NCBI RefSeq assembly: GCF_029264495.1 | Contig: NZ_JARIBH010000007.1 | Span: 1,636-65,635 of the forward strand | Length of the DNA: 64,000 nucleotides | Reading direction: 5' to 3' | From: Peptacetobacter sp. | Lineage (GTDB): Bacteria > Bacillota > Clostridia > Peptostreptococcales > Peptostreptococcaceae | Part shown: in pieces, positions 40,706 to 50,767 of the stretch | Layout of the letters: every line of letters starts with the position of its first letter | How positions within the stretch are numbered: position 1 is the first letter of the stretch | The notes under the pieces: model-generated | What the model was told of the DNA's origin: nothing | Database searches by the model: none | The model's input: only the letters and a program-made list of their open reading frames with translations | Program-made: the position numbers and the translations under genes

Positions 40706-42233
40706 GAGAGCTTTAATAAGCGTAACAGACAAAACAGGAGTAGTTGAATTTGCAAAAGCATTAAATGAACTTGATTTTGAAATAATTTCTACAGGTAATA
40801 CATTTAAAATCCTAAAAGAAAATGGAGTAAATGTAATGCAGGTTGAAGATGTTACTAAATTTCCAGAAATATTAGATGGTAGAGTAAAAACTTTAAATCC
40901 ATTTATACATGGTGGAATACTTTACAGAAGAGATTTAGAATCTCATGTAGAAACAGTAAAAGAACATAAAATAAATTCAATAGATCTTGTATGTGTTAAC
41001 CTTTATGATTTTGAAGGAACTTTAAAAGCAGGAAAAAGCCACGATGAAATGATAGAAAATATAGATATCGGTGGACCTTCAATGATAAGATCTGCTGCAA
41101 AAAATTATAAAGATGTTATAGTTGTTACAGACATAAAAGATTATGATCTTATAATAGAAGAGCTTAGAAAAGGTGAATTATCAGAAGAAGAGAGAAGAAA
41201 ATTAGCATATAAAGCATTTTCAACTACAGGAAGATATGACGCAATGATATCAACTTACTTTGCTGAACAAGTTGGAGAAGAATATCCAGAGTTCTTAAAT
41301 CTTACTTTCCAAAAAGAACAGACTTTAAGATATGGTGAAAATCCACATCAAAATGGAATACTATACTCTCAGCCAAATGCTAAAAATCCAATATTAAACT
41401 ATGAACAGTTAAATGGAAAAGAATTATCTTTCAACAATTTAAATGACTTACATGGATGCTTAGAAGTTATGAGAGAGTTTAAAGATAGCAAAGAAGTAGC
41501 TGCAGTAGCTATAAAACACACAAATCCATGTGGAGTTGCGTTAGGAGAAACAGCATTAGAAGCATACACAAAATGCTATGAAGCTGATAAAACTTCTATA
41601 TTCGGAGGAATAGTTGGTATAACTTCTACAGTTGATAAAGCTACAGCTGAAGAACTTCATAAAATATTCCTTGAAATAGTAGTTGCATATGATTTTACAG
41701 ATGAAGCTTTAGAAGTTTTAAGAACTAAGAAAAATCTTAGAGTATTAAAACTTGCTAAAATAGAAGATAGCAAACAAAAATATGAAATGAAATATCTTGA
41801 TGGAAAACTTTTAATTCAAGATAAAGATGTTAAATTAGCAGATAAATATGAAACAGTAACTAAATTAGAACCAACAGAAAAAGAATTAGAAGATATGAAA
41901 TTTGGTATGAAAATAGTTAAAAATATGAAATCAAATGCTATAGCAGTTGTTAAAGATGGTCAGACTCTTGCATTAGGTTGTGGTCAGACTTCAAGAATAT
42001 GGGCATTAAAAAATGCATTAGAAAATAATAAAGATGAAAAAGACTTTACAGGAGCAGTATTAGCTTCAGATGCATTCTTCCCATTTGATGATTGCGTAAC
42101 ATTGGCTCATGAATTTGGAATAAAAGCTATTGTACAACCAGGTGGATCAATAAGAGATAATGATTCAATAGAAGCTTGTGACAAATTTGATATGTCTATG
42201 GTATTTACAGGAGTAAGACACTTTAAACACTAA
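40698..42233 (+). CDS. purH: Bifunctional AICAR transformylase / IMP cyclohydrolase
   Basis: RALISVTDKTG, GRVKTL, IDIGGPSM, LRYGENPHQ, KHTNPCG, SDAFFPF, RHFKH. Confidence 0.97.
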   Translation: MSKRALISVTDKTGVVEFAKALNELDFEIISTGNTFKILKENGVNVMQVEDVTKFPEILDGRVKTLNPFIHGGILYRRDLESHVETVKEHKINSIDLVCVNLYDFEGTLKAGKSHDEMIENIDIGGPSMIRSAAKNYKDVIVVTDIKDYDLIIEELRKGELSEEERRKLAYKAFSTTGRYDAMISTYFAEQVGEEYPEFLNLTFQKEQTLRYGENPHQNGILYSQPNAKNPILNYEQLNGKELSFNNLNDLHGCLEVMREFKDSKEVAAVAIKHTNPCGVALGETALEAYTKCYEADKTSIFGGIVGITSTVDKATAEELHKIFLEIVVAYDFTDEALEVLRTKKNLRVLKLAKIEDSKQKYEMKYLDGKLLIQDKDVKLADKYETVTKLEPTEKELEDMKFGMKIVKNMKSNAIAVVKDGQTLALGCGQTSRIWALKNALENNKDEKDFTGAVLASDAFFPFDDCVTLAHEFGIKAIVQPGGSIRDNDSIEACDKFDMSMVFTGVRHFKH

Positions 42234-42247
42234 TCAATAAGGAGAGT

Positions 42248-43504
42248 ATGGATATGAAAATACTTGTTGTAGGCGGTGGCGGAAGAGAACACGCTATATG
42301 TTGGAAATTAAAACAAGAAAAAGATGTTGAAAAAATATATTGTGCTCCAGGAAATGCAGGAATAGCAGATTCAGCAGAATGTGTTGATATAAAAGATAAT
42401 GATATAGAAAACCTAGTTAAATTTGCAAAAGATAATTCTATAGACCTTACAGTTGTAGGACCAGAAGTTCCACTTGTAATGGGAATAGTAGATGCTTTTG
42501 AAAAAGAAAATTTAAGAATATTTGGTCCAAATAAACAATGCGCTACTTTTGAAGGAAGTAAAGCATTTTCTAAAGATTTTATGATAAGAAATGATATACC
42601 AACTGCTAAATATAAAGAATATACTTCTTTAGATGAAGCTATATCAGAAATAGATAGCTTTGGATATCCAGTAGTTATAAAAGCAGATGGTCTTGCTGCA
42701 GGAAAAGGTGTTGTAATACCAGAAAATAGAGAAGATGCTATAAATACTTTAAAAGAAATGATGGAAGATAGAAAATTTGGAGATGCTGGAGATAAAGTTG
42801 TAATAGAAGAATTTTTAACAGGTATAGAAACTTCAATACTAGCATTTGTAGATAACAATACTATTGTTCCTATGGAAAGTGCAAAAGACCATAAAAAAGT
42901 AAATAATGGAGAAAAAGGACTAAATACAGGTGGAATGGGAACATTCTCTCCAAGTGAATTATGGACAGAGGAACTAGCAAATGATATAAAAGTTAATGTA
43001 CTTGATAAAACTCTTAAAGGATTCCAAAATGATGGATTAGATTATAGAGGAATATTATTTGTTGGAATTATGATTACAAAAGAAGGAATAAAAGTACTTG
43101 AATACAATGTTAGATTTGGAGATCCAGAAACACAGTCAGTTCTTTTCAGATTAGAAACAGACTTAAACAAAATAATGAATGCTGTAATAGATAATAAACT
43201 TTCTGAAGTTGAGATTAAATACACAGATGAAGAAGCAATATGTGTTATGTTAACATCAGGAGGCTATCCAGAAGCCTATGAAAAAGGCAAAGAAATAAAA
43301 GGTCTTGACAAATTAGATGAAGAAATAGTAGTATTCCACAGTGGAACTAAAATGTCAGATGGTAAATTAGTTACAAACGGCGGTAGGGTTATAGGTATAA
43401 CTGCTAAGGCAAAAAATGTATCTGAAGCTGCCGATAAAGTTTATGAAAATATAAAAAGAATAAACTTTGAAGGAATGCACTACAGAACTGATATAGGTCT
43501 GTAA
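42248..43504 (+). CDS. purD: Phosphoribosylamine--glycine ligase
   Basis: GGGGREH, VVGPE, KADGLAAGKGV, NTGGMG, RFGDPE, HSGT, YRTDIG. Confidence 0.97.
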   Translation: MDMKILVVGGGGREHAICWKLKQEKDVEKIYCAPGNAGIADSAECVDIKDNDIENLVKFAKDNSIDLTVVGPEVPLVMGIVDAFEKENLRIFGPNKQCATFEGSKAFSKDFMIRNDIPTAKYKEYTSLDEAISEIDSFGYPVVIKADGLAAGKGVVIPENREDAINTLKEMMEDRKFGDAGDKVVIEEFLTGIETSILAFVDNNTIVPMESAKDHKKVNNGEKGLNTGGMGTFSPSELWTEELANDIKVNVLDKTLKGFQNDGLDYRGILFVGIMITKEGIKVLEYNVRFGDPETQSVLFRLETDLNKIMNAVIDNKLSEVEIKYTDEEAICVMLTSGGYPEAYEKGKEIKGLDKLDEEIVVFHSGTKMSDGKLVTNGGRVIGITAKAKNVSEAADKVYENIKRINFEGMHYRTDIGL

Positions 43505-43535
43505 AATTTCCGAAAAAAAATTTGGAGGAAGAGAA

Positions 43536-46500
43536 ATGGATAAAAACGTCAAAAGAGTACTAGTCGAAAAAAGAAACGGCTTTGATCTTGAAGCAAGAGC
43601 TCTTAAAAAAGACATTGTTGAAAGTCTTCATATTGACTCTGTAGATTCTTTAAGAGTACTAAATAGATATGATGTAGAAGGCATATCTGAAGAAGTTTAC
43701 CAAAATGCAGCAAACTCAATATTTTCAGAACCAAATATTGATGTTACTTATTTTGAAGAAATTCCAAATCTTAAAGATGAAAGAGTATTTGCCGTTGAAT
43801 ATCTTCCAGGACAGTATGACCAGAGAGCCGATTGGGCTGCTCAGTGTATACAGATATTAAATCAGGGAATGAGACCTGAATTAAAATCTGCTAAAGTATA
43901 TATACTTTCTGGAAATATAACAGATGAAGAGTTCGACAGAATTAAAGGGTATATAATAAACCCTGTAGACAGTAGAGAATCTGATTTGGCAAAACCAGAA
44001 ACACTTGCGATGGTTACAGAAATACCAACAGAAGTAGCTACACTAGATGGATTTATAGAACTAGATGAATCAGGACTTGAAGACTTTGTAAAATCTCAAG
44101 GATTAGCGATGACTCTAGAAGATTTAAAACATGTTCAAGTTTACTTTAGAGATGAAGAACATAGAAATCCAACTATAACAGAAATAAAAGTTTTAGATAC
44201 TTATTGGTCAGACCATTGTAGACACACTACTTTCATGACAGAACTTGAAAATGTAGAAATAGCTGAAGGTAAATATACTGATGCTATAAAAGACACTTTC
44301 GAAGACTACATGAATACTAGAAAAGAAATTTATGTAGACAGAAAAAAAGATGTTTGCTTAATGGACATAGCTACTTTAGCAATGAAAAAACTAAAGAAAG
44401 AAGGAAAATTAGCAGACCTTGATGAAAGTGAAGAAATAAATGCTTGTTCAATAAATGTAGATGTAGAAATCGACGGAAAAAATGAACAATATTTAGTAAT
44501 GTTTAAAAATGAAACACACAACCATCCGACAGAAATAGAACCATTTGGAGGAGCAGCTACTTGTTTAGGTGGAGCAATAAGAGACCCATTATCAGGAAGA
44601 TCTTATGTTTACCAAGCAATGCGTGTAACTGGTGCTGCAGATCCAAGAACTTCATTAGAAGATACACTACCAGGAAAATTAATGCAGAAAAAAATAGTTA
44701 CAGAAGCAGCAAATGGTTATAGTTCTTACGGAAACCAGATAGGTTTAACAACTGGTCAAGTAGCAGAAGTATACGATGAAGATTTCGTAGCTAAGAGAAT
44801 GGAAATAGGTGCTGTAATAGCAGCAGCTCCAAAAGAAAATGTAGTAAGAAAAAGACCAGAAGCTGGAGATGTAATAGTTTTACTTGGTGGTAAAACAGGT
44901 AGAGATGGTTGCGGTGGAGCAACTGGATCTTCAAAAGAACACAGTGAAGAATCAATAAATACTTGCTCAGCTGAAGTTCAAAAAGGTGATGCACCTAATG
45001 AAAGAAAAATCCAAAGATTCTTTAGAAATAAAGAAGCAGCTCAAATGATAAAAAGATGTAATGACTTTGGTGCTGGTGGAGTATGTGTTGCTATAGGTGA
45101 AATTGCAGAAAGTTTAGATATAAACTTAGATTTAGTTCCTAAAAAATATGATGGACTTGATGGAACAGAACTTGCAATCTCAGAATCACAAGAACGTATG
45201 GCAGTTGCAATAGATGCTGCTAATAAAGATAGATTTATAGAATTAGCAAGAATAGAAAATCTTGAAGCTACTCATGTTGCTACAGTTACTGATACAGGAT
45301 ATATGAGATTATTCTGGAATGGTAAAACAATAGTTGACTTAAAAAGAGCATTCTTAGATACTAATGGTGCTAAACAAAAAACTAATGTAGTAGTCGAAAA
45401 AGTAGATGAAGAAAATACATTCTTTGATAATACAGATATAGTAGAAGGTGCTGAAACTGTAAAAGAAAAATTCCATAAAGCATTATCAGATTTAAATGTT
45501 TGTTCTCAGAAAGGACTAGTTGAAAAATTTGATAATACTATAGGTGGTAATACAGTTGTAATGCCATTTGGTGGAAAATATCAGGCAACTCCAGAACAAG
45601 GTATGGTTGCAAAAATACCAGTACTTGGAGGAGAAACTAATACTTCTACAATAATGACTTATGGATATAATCCTAAAATAGGTAAATGGTCTCCATACCA
45701 TGGTGCACTATATGCAGTAGTTGAATCTGTTGCTAAATTAGTTGCTCTTGGAGGAAATTATGCTACTACAAGACTTACATTCCAAGAATACTTTGAAAGA
45801 CTTGGAAAATCTCCAGAAAGATGGGGTAAACCATTTGCAGCTTTACTTGGTGCATACTATGCTCAAGAACAATTTGAAATACCTGCAATAGGTGGTAAAG
45901 ACTCTATGTCAGGAACATTTAAAGATATAGATGTACCTCCAACATTAGTTTCATTTGCAGTTGATACTGTAGATGCTAAAAATGTAGTTACTTCAGAATT
46001 TAAAAAAGCTGGATCAAAAGTAGTTAAAATATCAGCAGCTACTTTAGATAATGGAGTAGTAGACTTTGATGAATTAAAGAAAAATCTTACAAAAGTAAGA
46101 GAATTAATATTAGAAGGAAAAGTGCTTTCAAGTTATGCACTTGGATTTGCTGGTGTTGGTGAAGCTATAGCTAAAATGGGATTTGGTAACCAAATAGGAT
46201 TCAAATTCAGTGAAGAAGCTGTAGAAGCTTATGAAAATACAGATGATTTATTTGCTGCAGATTATGGAACAATAATATTAGAATTAGCTGAAGATGATTT
46301 ATCATCATTAAAAGGATATAGATGCATATTACTTGGAGAAACAACAGAAACTCCTGCGATAGAATTTGCTGATGAAAAAGTATGCCTAGGTGACTTATAT
46401 AAATCACATTGTAATACTTTAGAAACTATATACCCAACAAAATCTACTGAAATAAAATCAGAAGTTAAAAATATAAGCTATGTTAGAACTGGTTCTCCAG

Positions 46501-47321
46501 CAAAATCTTCATTAAGTATAGTAAAACCTAAAATATTAATTCCAGCATTCCCTGGAACAAACTGTGAATATGATTCTGCTAGAGCTTTTGAAAGAGCTGG
46601 TGGAGAAGCTAATATAAAAGTATTCAGAAACTTATCTTATAAAGATATAGAAGAATCAATAGATATAATGGTTGAAGAAATCAAAAAATCACAGATAATA
46701 ATGCTTCCTGGTGGATTCAGTGCTGGAGATGAACCAGATGGTTCTGCTAAATTTATAGCAACAGTATTTAGAAATCCAAAAATGAAAGAAGCTGTTCATG
46801 AATTCTTAAATGAAAGAGATGGATTAATGCTAGGTATCTGTAATGGATTCCAGGCTCTTATAAAACTTGGCTTAGTTCCATATGGAAAAATAATAGAGCC
46901 TTGTGAAGAAGCTCCAACTCTTACTTACAACAATATAGGTCGTCATCAGGCCAAAGTTGTAAATACTAGAATAGCATCAAATAAATCTCCATGGCTTGCT
47001 CAGACAGAAGTTGGAGATATACACAGTATACCAATATCACATGGAGAAGGTAGATTCGTTGCAAGTGAAGAAGTAATGAAAAAACTTATAGAAAACGGAC
47101 AGATAGCTACTCAGTACGTAGACTTCAATGGAAATGCTACATATGATATAGAACACAATCCAAATGGTTCATTCTATGCAGTAGAAGGTATAACAAGTGA
47201 AGATGGTAGAGTATTTGGTAAAATGGGTCACTCAGAAAGATTAAGTGACAATGTTACTAAAAACATACCAGGAGAAAAAGATCAGAAAATATTCGAATCT
47301 GGAGTTCTTTACTTCAAATAG
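43536..47321 (+). CDS. purL: Phosphoribosylformylglycinamidine synthase (large fused type)
   Basis: WSDHCRH, ETHNHP, DFGAGG, ESQERM; intact glutaminase triad LGICNGFQ / GHSE. Confidence 0.97.
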   Translation: MDKNVKRVLVEKRNGFDLEARALKKDIVESLHIDSVDSLRVLNRYDVEGISEEVYQNAANSIFSEPNIDVTYFEEIPNLKDERVFAVEYLPGQYDQRADWAAQCIQILNQGMRPELKSAKVYILSGNITDEEFDRIKGYIINPVDSRESDLAKPETLAMVTEIPTEVATLDGFIELDESGLEDFVKSQGLAMTLEDLKHVQVYFRDEEHRNPTITEIKVLDTYWSDHCRHTTFMTELENVEIAEGKYTDAIKDTFEDYMNTRKEIYVDRKKDVCLMDIATLAMKKLKKEGKLADLDESEEINACSINVDVEIDGKNEQYLVMFKNETHNHPTEIEPFGGAATCLGGAIRDPLSGRSYVYQAMRVTGAADPRTSLEDTLPGKLMQKKIVTEAANGYSSYGNQIGLTTGQVAEVYDEDFVAKRMEIGAVIAAAPKENVVRKRPEAGDVIVLLGGKTGRDGCGGATGSSKEHSEESINTCSAEVQKGDAPNERKIQRFFRNKEAAQMIKRCNDFGAGGVCVAIGEIAESLDINLDLVPKKYDGLDGTELAISESQERMAVAIDAANKDRFIELARIENLEATHVATVTDTGYMRLFWNGKTIVDLKRAFLDTNGAKQKTNVVVEKVDEENTFFDNTDIVEGAETVKEKFHKALSDLNVCSQKGLVEKFDNTIGGNTVVMPFGGKYQATPEQGMVAKIPVLGGETNTSTIMTYGYNPKIGKWSPYHGALYAVVESVAKLVALGGNYATTRLTFQEYFERLGKSPERWGKPFAALLGAYYAQEQFEIPAIGGKDSMSGTFKDIDVPPTLVSFAVDTVDAKNVVTSEFKKAGSKVVKISAATLDNGVVDFDELKKNLTKVRELILEGKVLSSYALGFAGVGEAIAKMGFGNQIGFKFSEEAVEAYENTDDLFAADYGTIILELAEDDLSSLKGYRCILLGETTETPAIEFADEKVCLGDLYKSHCNTLETIYPTKSTEIKSEVKNISYVRTGSPAKSSLSIVKPKILIPAFPGTNCEYDSARAFERAGGEANIKVFRNLSYKDIEESIDIMVEEIKKSQIIMLPGGFSAGDEPDGSAKFIATVFRNPKMKEAVHEFLNERDGLMLGICNGFQALIKLGLVPYGKIIEPCEEAPTLTYNNIGRHQAKVVNTRIASNKSPWLAQTEVGDIHSIPISHGEGRFVASEEVMKKLIENGQIATQYVDFNGNATYDIEHNPNGSFYAVEGITSEDGRVFGKMGHSERLSDNVTKNIPGEKDQKIFESGVLYFK

Positions 47322-47388
47322 AATAACGGAAAAAATCATATCGTTAAATTAAATATAAAAAAGTAAAATCGTGAATTAAATATATAAG

Positions 47389-47446
47389 AAGGACTAAATT
47401 CTTAAAAGACTACCCGCTCAAATGTCTAAAGAATTTGGTCCTTTTT
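47389..47446 (+). terminator. Terminator after purL
   Basis: aaggactaaattctt / aagaatttggtcctt stem, inner agac/gtct pairing, T tail. Confidence 0.75.
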
Positions 47447-47571
47447 AATATTTTATTTATAAATATAATAAATAAAAAAAGAGAATTAAAATTATAAAAT
47501 TAATTAAACAATAATGTTATATTTGTAGTATAATTTTAATAGATAAATTATATTTTATAAGGAGGGCAAAT

Positions 47572-48306
47572 ATGAATATAGAAAACTTTACAAAAGAGAC
47601 TTTAGAGAGCCTTCAAAAAGAATTAAGTAGTACAATAGAAAGTATAAGAAAAATAAAATTCAACGGAAATACGCTTTATATAGTAATAGATAAAGAAGAA
47701 ATAAGTCCTGAGATAATAGATATTATGAAAACATATATTATAACAAAATCAGGAATAAGCTATGGAATAAATATAGTATTTTTAAATGAAAGTGATTTAA
47801 TTGATCTTGGTCTTAGAAAAATAGCTGAAATACAAATGTCTAAGAATTTTTCAGAAGATGATAAAGAAGAAAAAGAAAGTACTATAGAAGTAAAAAGACC
47901 TGATGAAGAAAGTTCAAAATCTGAAGAAAAAGAAGAATATAAAGAAGAAGCAGATATAAATAGAATAGATGCTATGGATGTTTGGAAAGTTATGCTAGGA
48001 AGAATACAAGAACTTATAAGTCCAGCAGTATATAAAGCATTATTTAAAGATAGCAAACAAATAGATTATAAAATGGGGATAGTTTATATATTAGTTGGTG
48101 ATACTAGAGTTGTACAGATAATGGAAACACAATATTTAAGATTTTTACAAGATGTTTCAGAAGATTTATTTGGAATTAGGTTATCATTTAGATTTGTTGT
48201 AGATGAAAAAGAAAATATAAATAAAAATGATGAAGAAGTGTATCCAGCTAGTATGAATGATTTAAATGATTTTTTTACTTTTTTAAATAATATATATAAT
48301 AAATAA
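47572..48306 (+). CDS. Hypothetical protein with a DnaA N-terminal (domain I)-like module
   Basis: Residues 134-211 (VWKVMLGRIQELISPAVYKALFK...VYILVG...METQYLRFLQ...FRFVV) follow the DnaA_N pattern. No AAA+ or HTH domain; acidic linker. Confidence 0.6.
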   Translation: MNIENFTKETLESLQKELSSTIESIRKIKFNGNTLYIVIDKEEISPEIIDIMKTYIITKSGISYGINIVFLNESDLIDLGLRKIAEIQMSKNFSEDDKEEKESTIEVKRPDEESSKSEEKEEYKEEADINRIDAMDVWKVMLGRIQELISPAVYKALFKDSKQIDYKMGIVYILVGDTRVVQIMETQYLRFLQDVSEDLFGIRLSFRFVVDEKENINKNDEEVYPASMNDLNDFFTFLNNIYNK

Positions 48307-48349
48307 GGTATAAATCTAAAATACAGTTTACATAAAATTTAAGGTTGAT

Positions 48350-48406
48350 TATAGAGAAAGAGAATACTAAATTTTACAGCAGAGATTAGTATTCTCTTTT
48401 TCTATA
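48350..48406 (+). terminator. Terminator after the DnaA-N-like gene
   Basis: tatagagaaagagaatactaa / ttagtattctctttttctata, 21-bp stem with one G-U. Confidence 0.75.
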
Positions 48407-48548
48407 TAAAAAATATAATAAACTTTAAATTTAATAAATGTTCAAAGTATCTTCATTGAATAAAAAAAATTAACTGATATACTTAGTATATAAGAAAATA
48501 ATAGCTTGTTATTAATTAAAATAGACTTTTAGAAATGGGGCGAAAATA

Positions 48549-49682
48549 ATGGAATTTAATTACAATTTACCAGTAAATATTATATTTGGTCGAGGAAAAG
48601 TAAATGAATTAGGAAAAAGAAGCATAAAATATGGGAACAAAGCATTAGTAGTAACAGGAAAAAATAGTTCTAAAAAATCAGGACTCCTTGATAAATCAAT
48701 AAAACTTTTAGAAAAAGAAGGTATAGAAACTATTATATTTGATAAAGTAACTAAAAATCCATTAATATCTACAGTTGAAGAAGGTGCAACTATTATAAAA
48801 TCTGAAAAATGTGATATGGTTGTAGCTATCGGAGGGGGTAGTATAATGGATGCAGCAAAGGCAATTGCTTTTATAGCTGTAAATGAAGGAAATATAAAGG
48901 ATTATATGTATGGAGAAAAAGAATCAGATAAAGCACTTCCAATTATATTAGTTCCAACAACATCAGGAACAGGTAGTGAAGGGAATTGTTATTCTGTTTT
49001 AACAGATGAAACAAACAATGATAAAAAATCTCTTAGAACACCAGCGATATATGCAAAAGAATCTATAGTAGATCCAGAGCTTATGATAACTATGCCTAAA
49101 AAAGTAAAATCAGCGGTAATATTTGATGCAGCTGCACATGCTATGGAAGCCGCAGTTAGTAAGAAGAGAAATCCACTTTCAGATATGTATTCACTTTATG
49201 CTATGAAACTTATAGCAGATAACGCAGAAAATGCAGTAAATGATGAAAATATAGATTACGATATATGGGAAAAAATAACTTTAGGAAGTACTTTAGCAGG
49301 CATGGCGATAGGTTGTTCAAGTTGTGCATTACCTCATGCACTAGAACATCCTGCAAGTGGACTTAAAGATATTGTACATGGAGAAGGATTAGCAGCTATA
49401 ACTCCAACTATTATTGAATTATCATGGGAAAGTGATCCAGAAAGATACGCAGCTATATCAGCTCTTTTAGGAGGAAATAGTGCATTAGATTGTGCAGATA
49501 GAGTAAGAGATTTCTTAAAAAGAATAGATTTAGATGTTACTCTAAAAGATTTAGGGATAGAAGAAAAAGATGTAGATTGGATGGTAGAAAATGCTTTTAA
49601 AGTTTCAGCAGGAAATATAGCTAATCATCCAAAAAAATTTAGTAAAGAAGAGATAAAAGAAATATACTTAAAATCTCTTTAA
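48549..49682 (+). CDS. Iron-containing alcohol dehydrogenase
   Basis: GGGSIMDAAK, PTTSGTGSE, DAAAHAME, HALEH, HGEG metal ligands. Confidence 0.93.
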   Translation: MEFNYNLPVNIIFGRGKVNELGKRSIKYGNKALVVTGKNSSKKSGLLDKSIKLLEKEGIETIIFDKVTKNPLISTVEEGATIIKSEKCDMVVAIGGGSIMDAAKAIAFIAVNEGNIKDYMYGEKESDKALPIILVPTTSGTGSEGNCYSVLTDETNNDKKSLRTPAIYAKESIVDPELMITMPKKVKSAVIFDAAAHAMEAAVSKKRNPLSDMYSLYAMKLIADNAENAVNDENIDYDIWEKITLGSTLAGMAIGCSSCALPHALEHPASGLKDIVHGEGLAAITPTIIELSWESDPERYAAISALLGGNSALDCADRVRDFLKRIDLDVTLKDLGIEEKDVDWMVENAFKVSAGNIANHPKKFSKEEIKEIYLKSL

Positions 49683-49720
49683 AATAAATATCAAATTAAA
49701 ATTTAAAAACAAAATACAAT

Positions 49721-49764
49721 ATAAAACTCCTTATTAAATAGATATTCTAATTAAGGAGTTTTAT
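49721..49764 (+). terminator. Terminator after the ADH gene
   Basis: ataaaactcctta / taaggagttttat stem. Confidence 0.75.
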
Positions 49765-49885
49765 CTTATATACAATTAAATTTGAGAAACTAACTAAATA
49801 TATTCAAAAGTATTAGTATAAATTAAGGTGTATATAAGAATTTATATATATTATAATAAGATATATATAAGAAAGAAGGTATTTT

Positions 49886-50743
49886 ATGTTTGGGTATGTA
49901 AAAATAAATAAAATGGATTTGACATTTAGAGAATATGAATATTATAAAAGTTACTACTGTGGTCTTTGTAAAACATTGAAAAAAAATCATGGAGAAGTAT
50001 CTAGGTTTTCTTTAAACTACGACATTACTTTTTTAATAGTGCTTTTATCAGCTATATATAATCCAGAATCAGAGATTACAGAAGAAGTGTGTATAGCAAA
50101 TCCAATAAAAAAGAAAAAGGTTCAAAAAAATGAAATAACAGAATATGCAGCAGCTATGAATGTTTTACTAGCATATTTTAAATTAAAAGATAATGTAAAA
50201 GATGAAAGAAGAATAAAAGATAAAATAGCGTATAATATGTATAAAGGAAGTTTAAAAGATACAAAAAATAAGTATAAATATAAAGCAGAATATATAGAAA
50301 AATGTTTATATGAACTAGAAGTTTTGGAAGCTGAAGATTCTATAGATTTAGATGATGTATCAAATACTTTTGGAAAATTAATGGGAGAAATTTTTGCATA
50401 CAAAAAAGATGAGTATGAAGAAATTCTTAGAAATATAGGATTTAATATAGGTAAATATGTTTACATATTAGATGCTTATGAAGATTTACCTGAAGACATA
50501 GAAAAAAATAGATATAATCCATTTAAAGAATATAAACCCAAGAGTGAAGAATTAAAGAAAAAAGTAGATAGAATAATATCGATGAGTTTAGGAATGCTTG
50601 GTAGAAATATAGATATGTTAAATCTCAAAAGAAATGTAGGTATAATAGAAAATATAATATATTCTGGTGTATACTTAAGATATAAAAATATATTATATGG
50701 AGATGGTAAGGATAAAAATGGAGATGTAAGTCATATAAACTAA
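49886..50743 (+). CDS. DUF5685 family protein
   Basis: MFGYV, YYCGLC, LNYDITF, KLKDNVKDE, YILDAYEDL..D..KNRYNP. Confidence 0.85.
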   Translation: MFGYVKINKMDLTFREYEYYKSYYCGLCKTLKKNHGEVSRFSLNYDITFLIVLLSAIYNPESEITEEVCIANPIKKKKVQKNEITEYAAAMNVLLAYFKLKDNVKDERRIKDKIAYNMYKGSLKDTKNKYKYKAEYIEKCLYELEVLEAEDSIDLDDVSNTFGKLMGEIFAYKKDEYEEILRNIGFNIGKYVYILDAYEDLPEDIEKNRYNPFKEYKPKSEELKKKVDRIISMSLGMLGRNIDMLNLKRNVGIIENIIYSGVYLRYKNILYGDGKDKNGDVSHIN

Positions 50744-50767
50744 TAAAAATAGAAAGGAATGTAAATT

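Noticed and set aside
43506-43518. PurBox-like ATTTCCGAAAAAA before purL
   Set aside because: Single imperfect box in a 31-nt gap with no promoter; PurR normally needs paired boxes.
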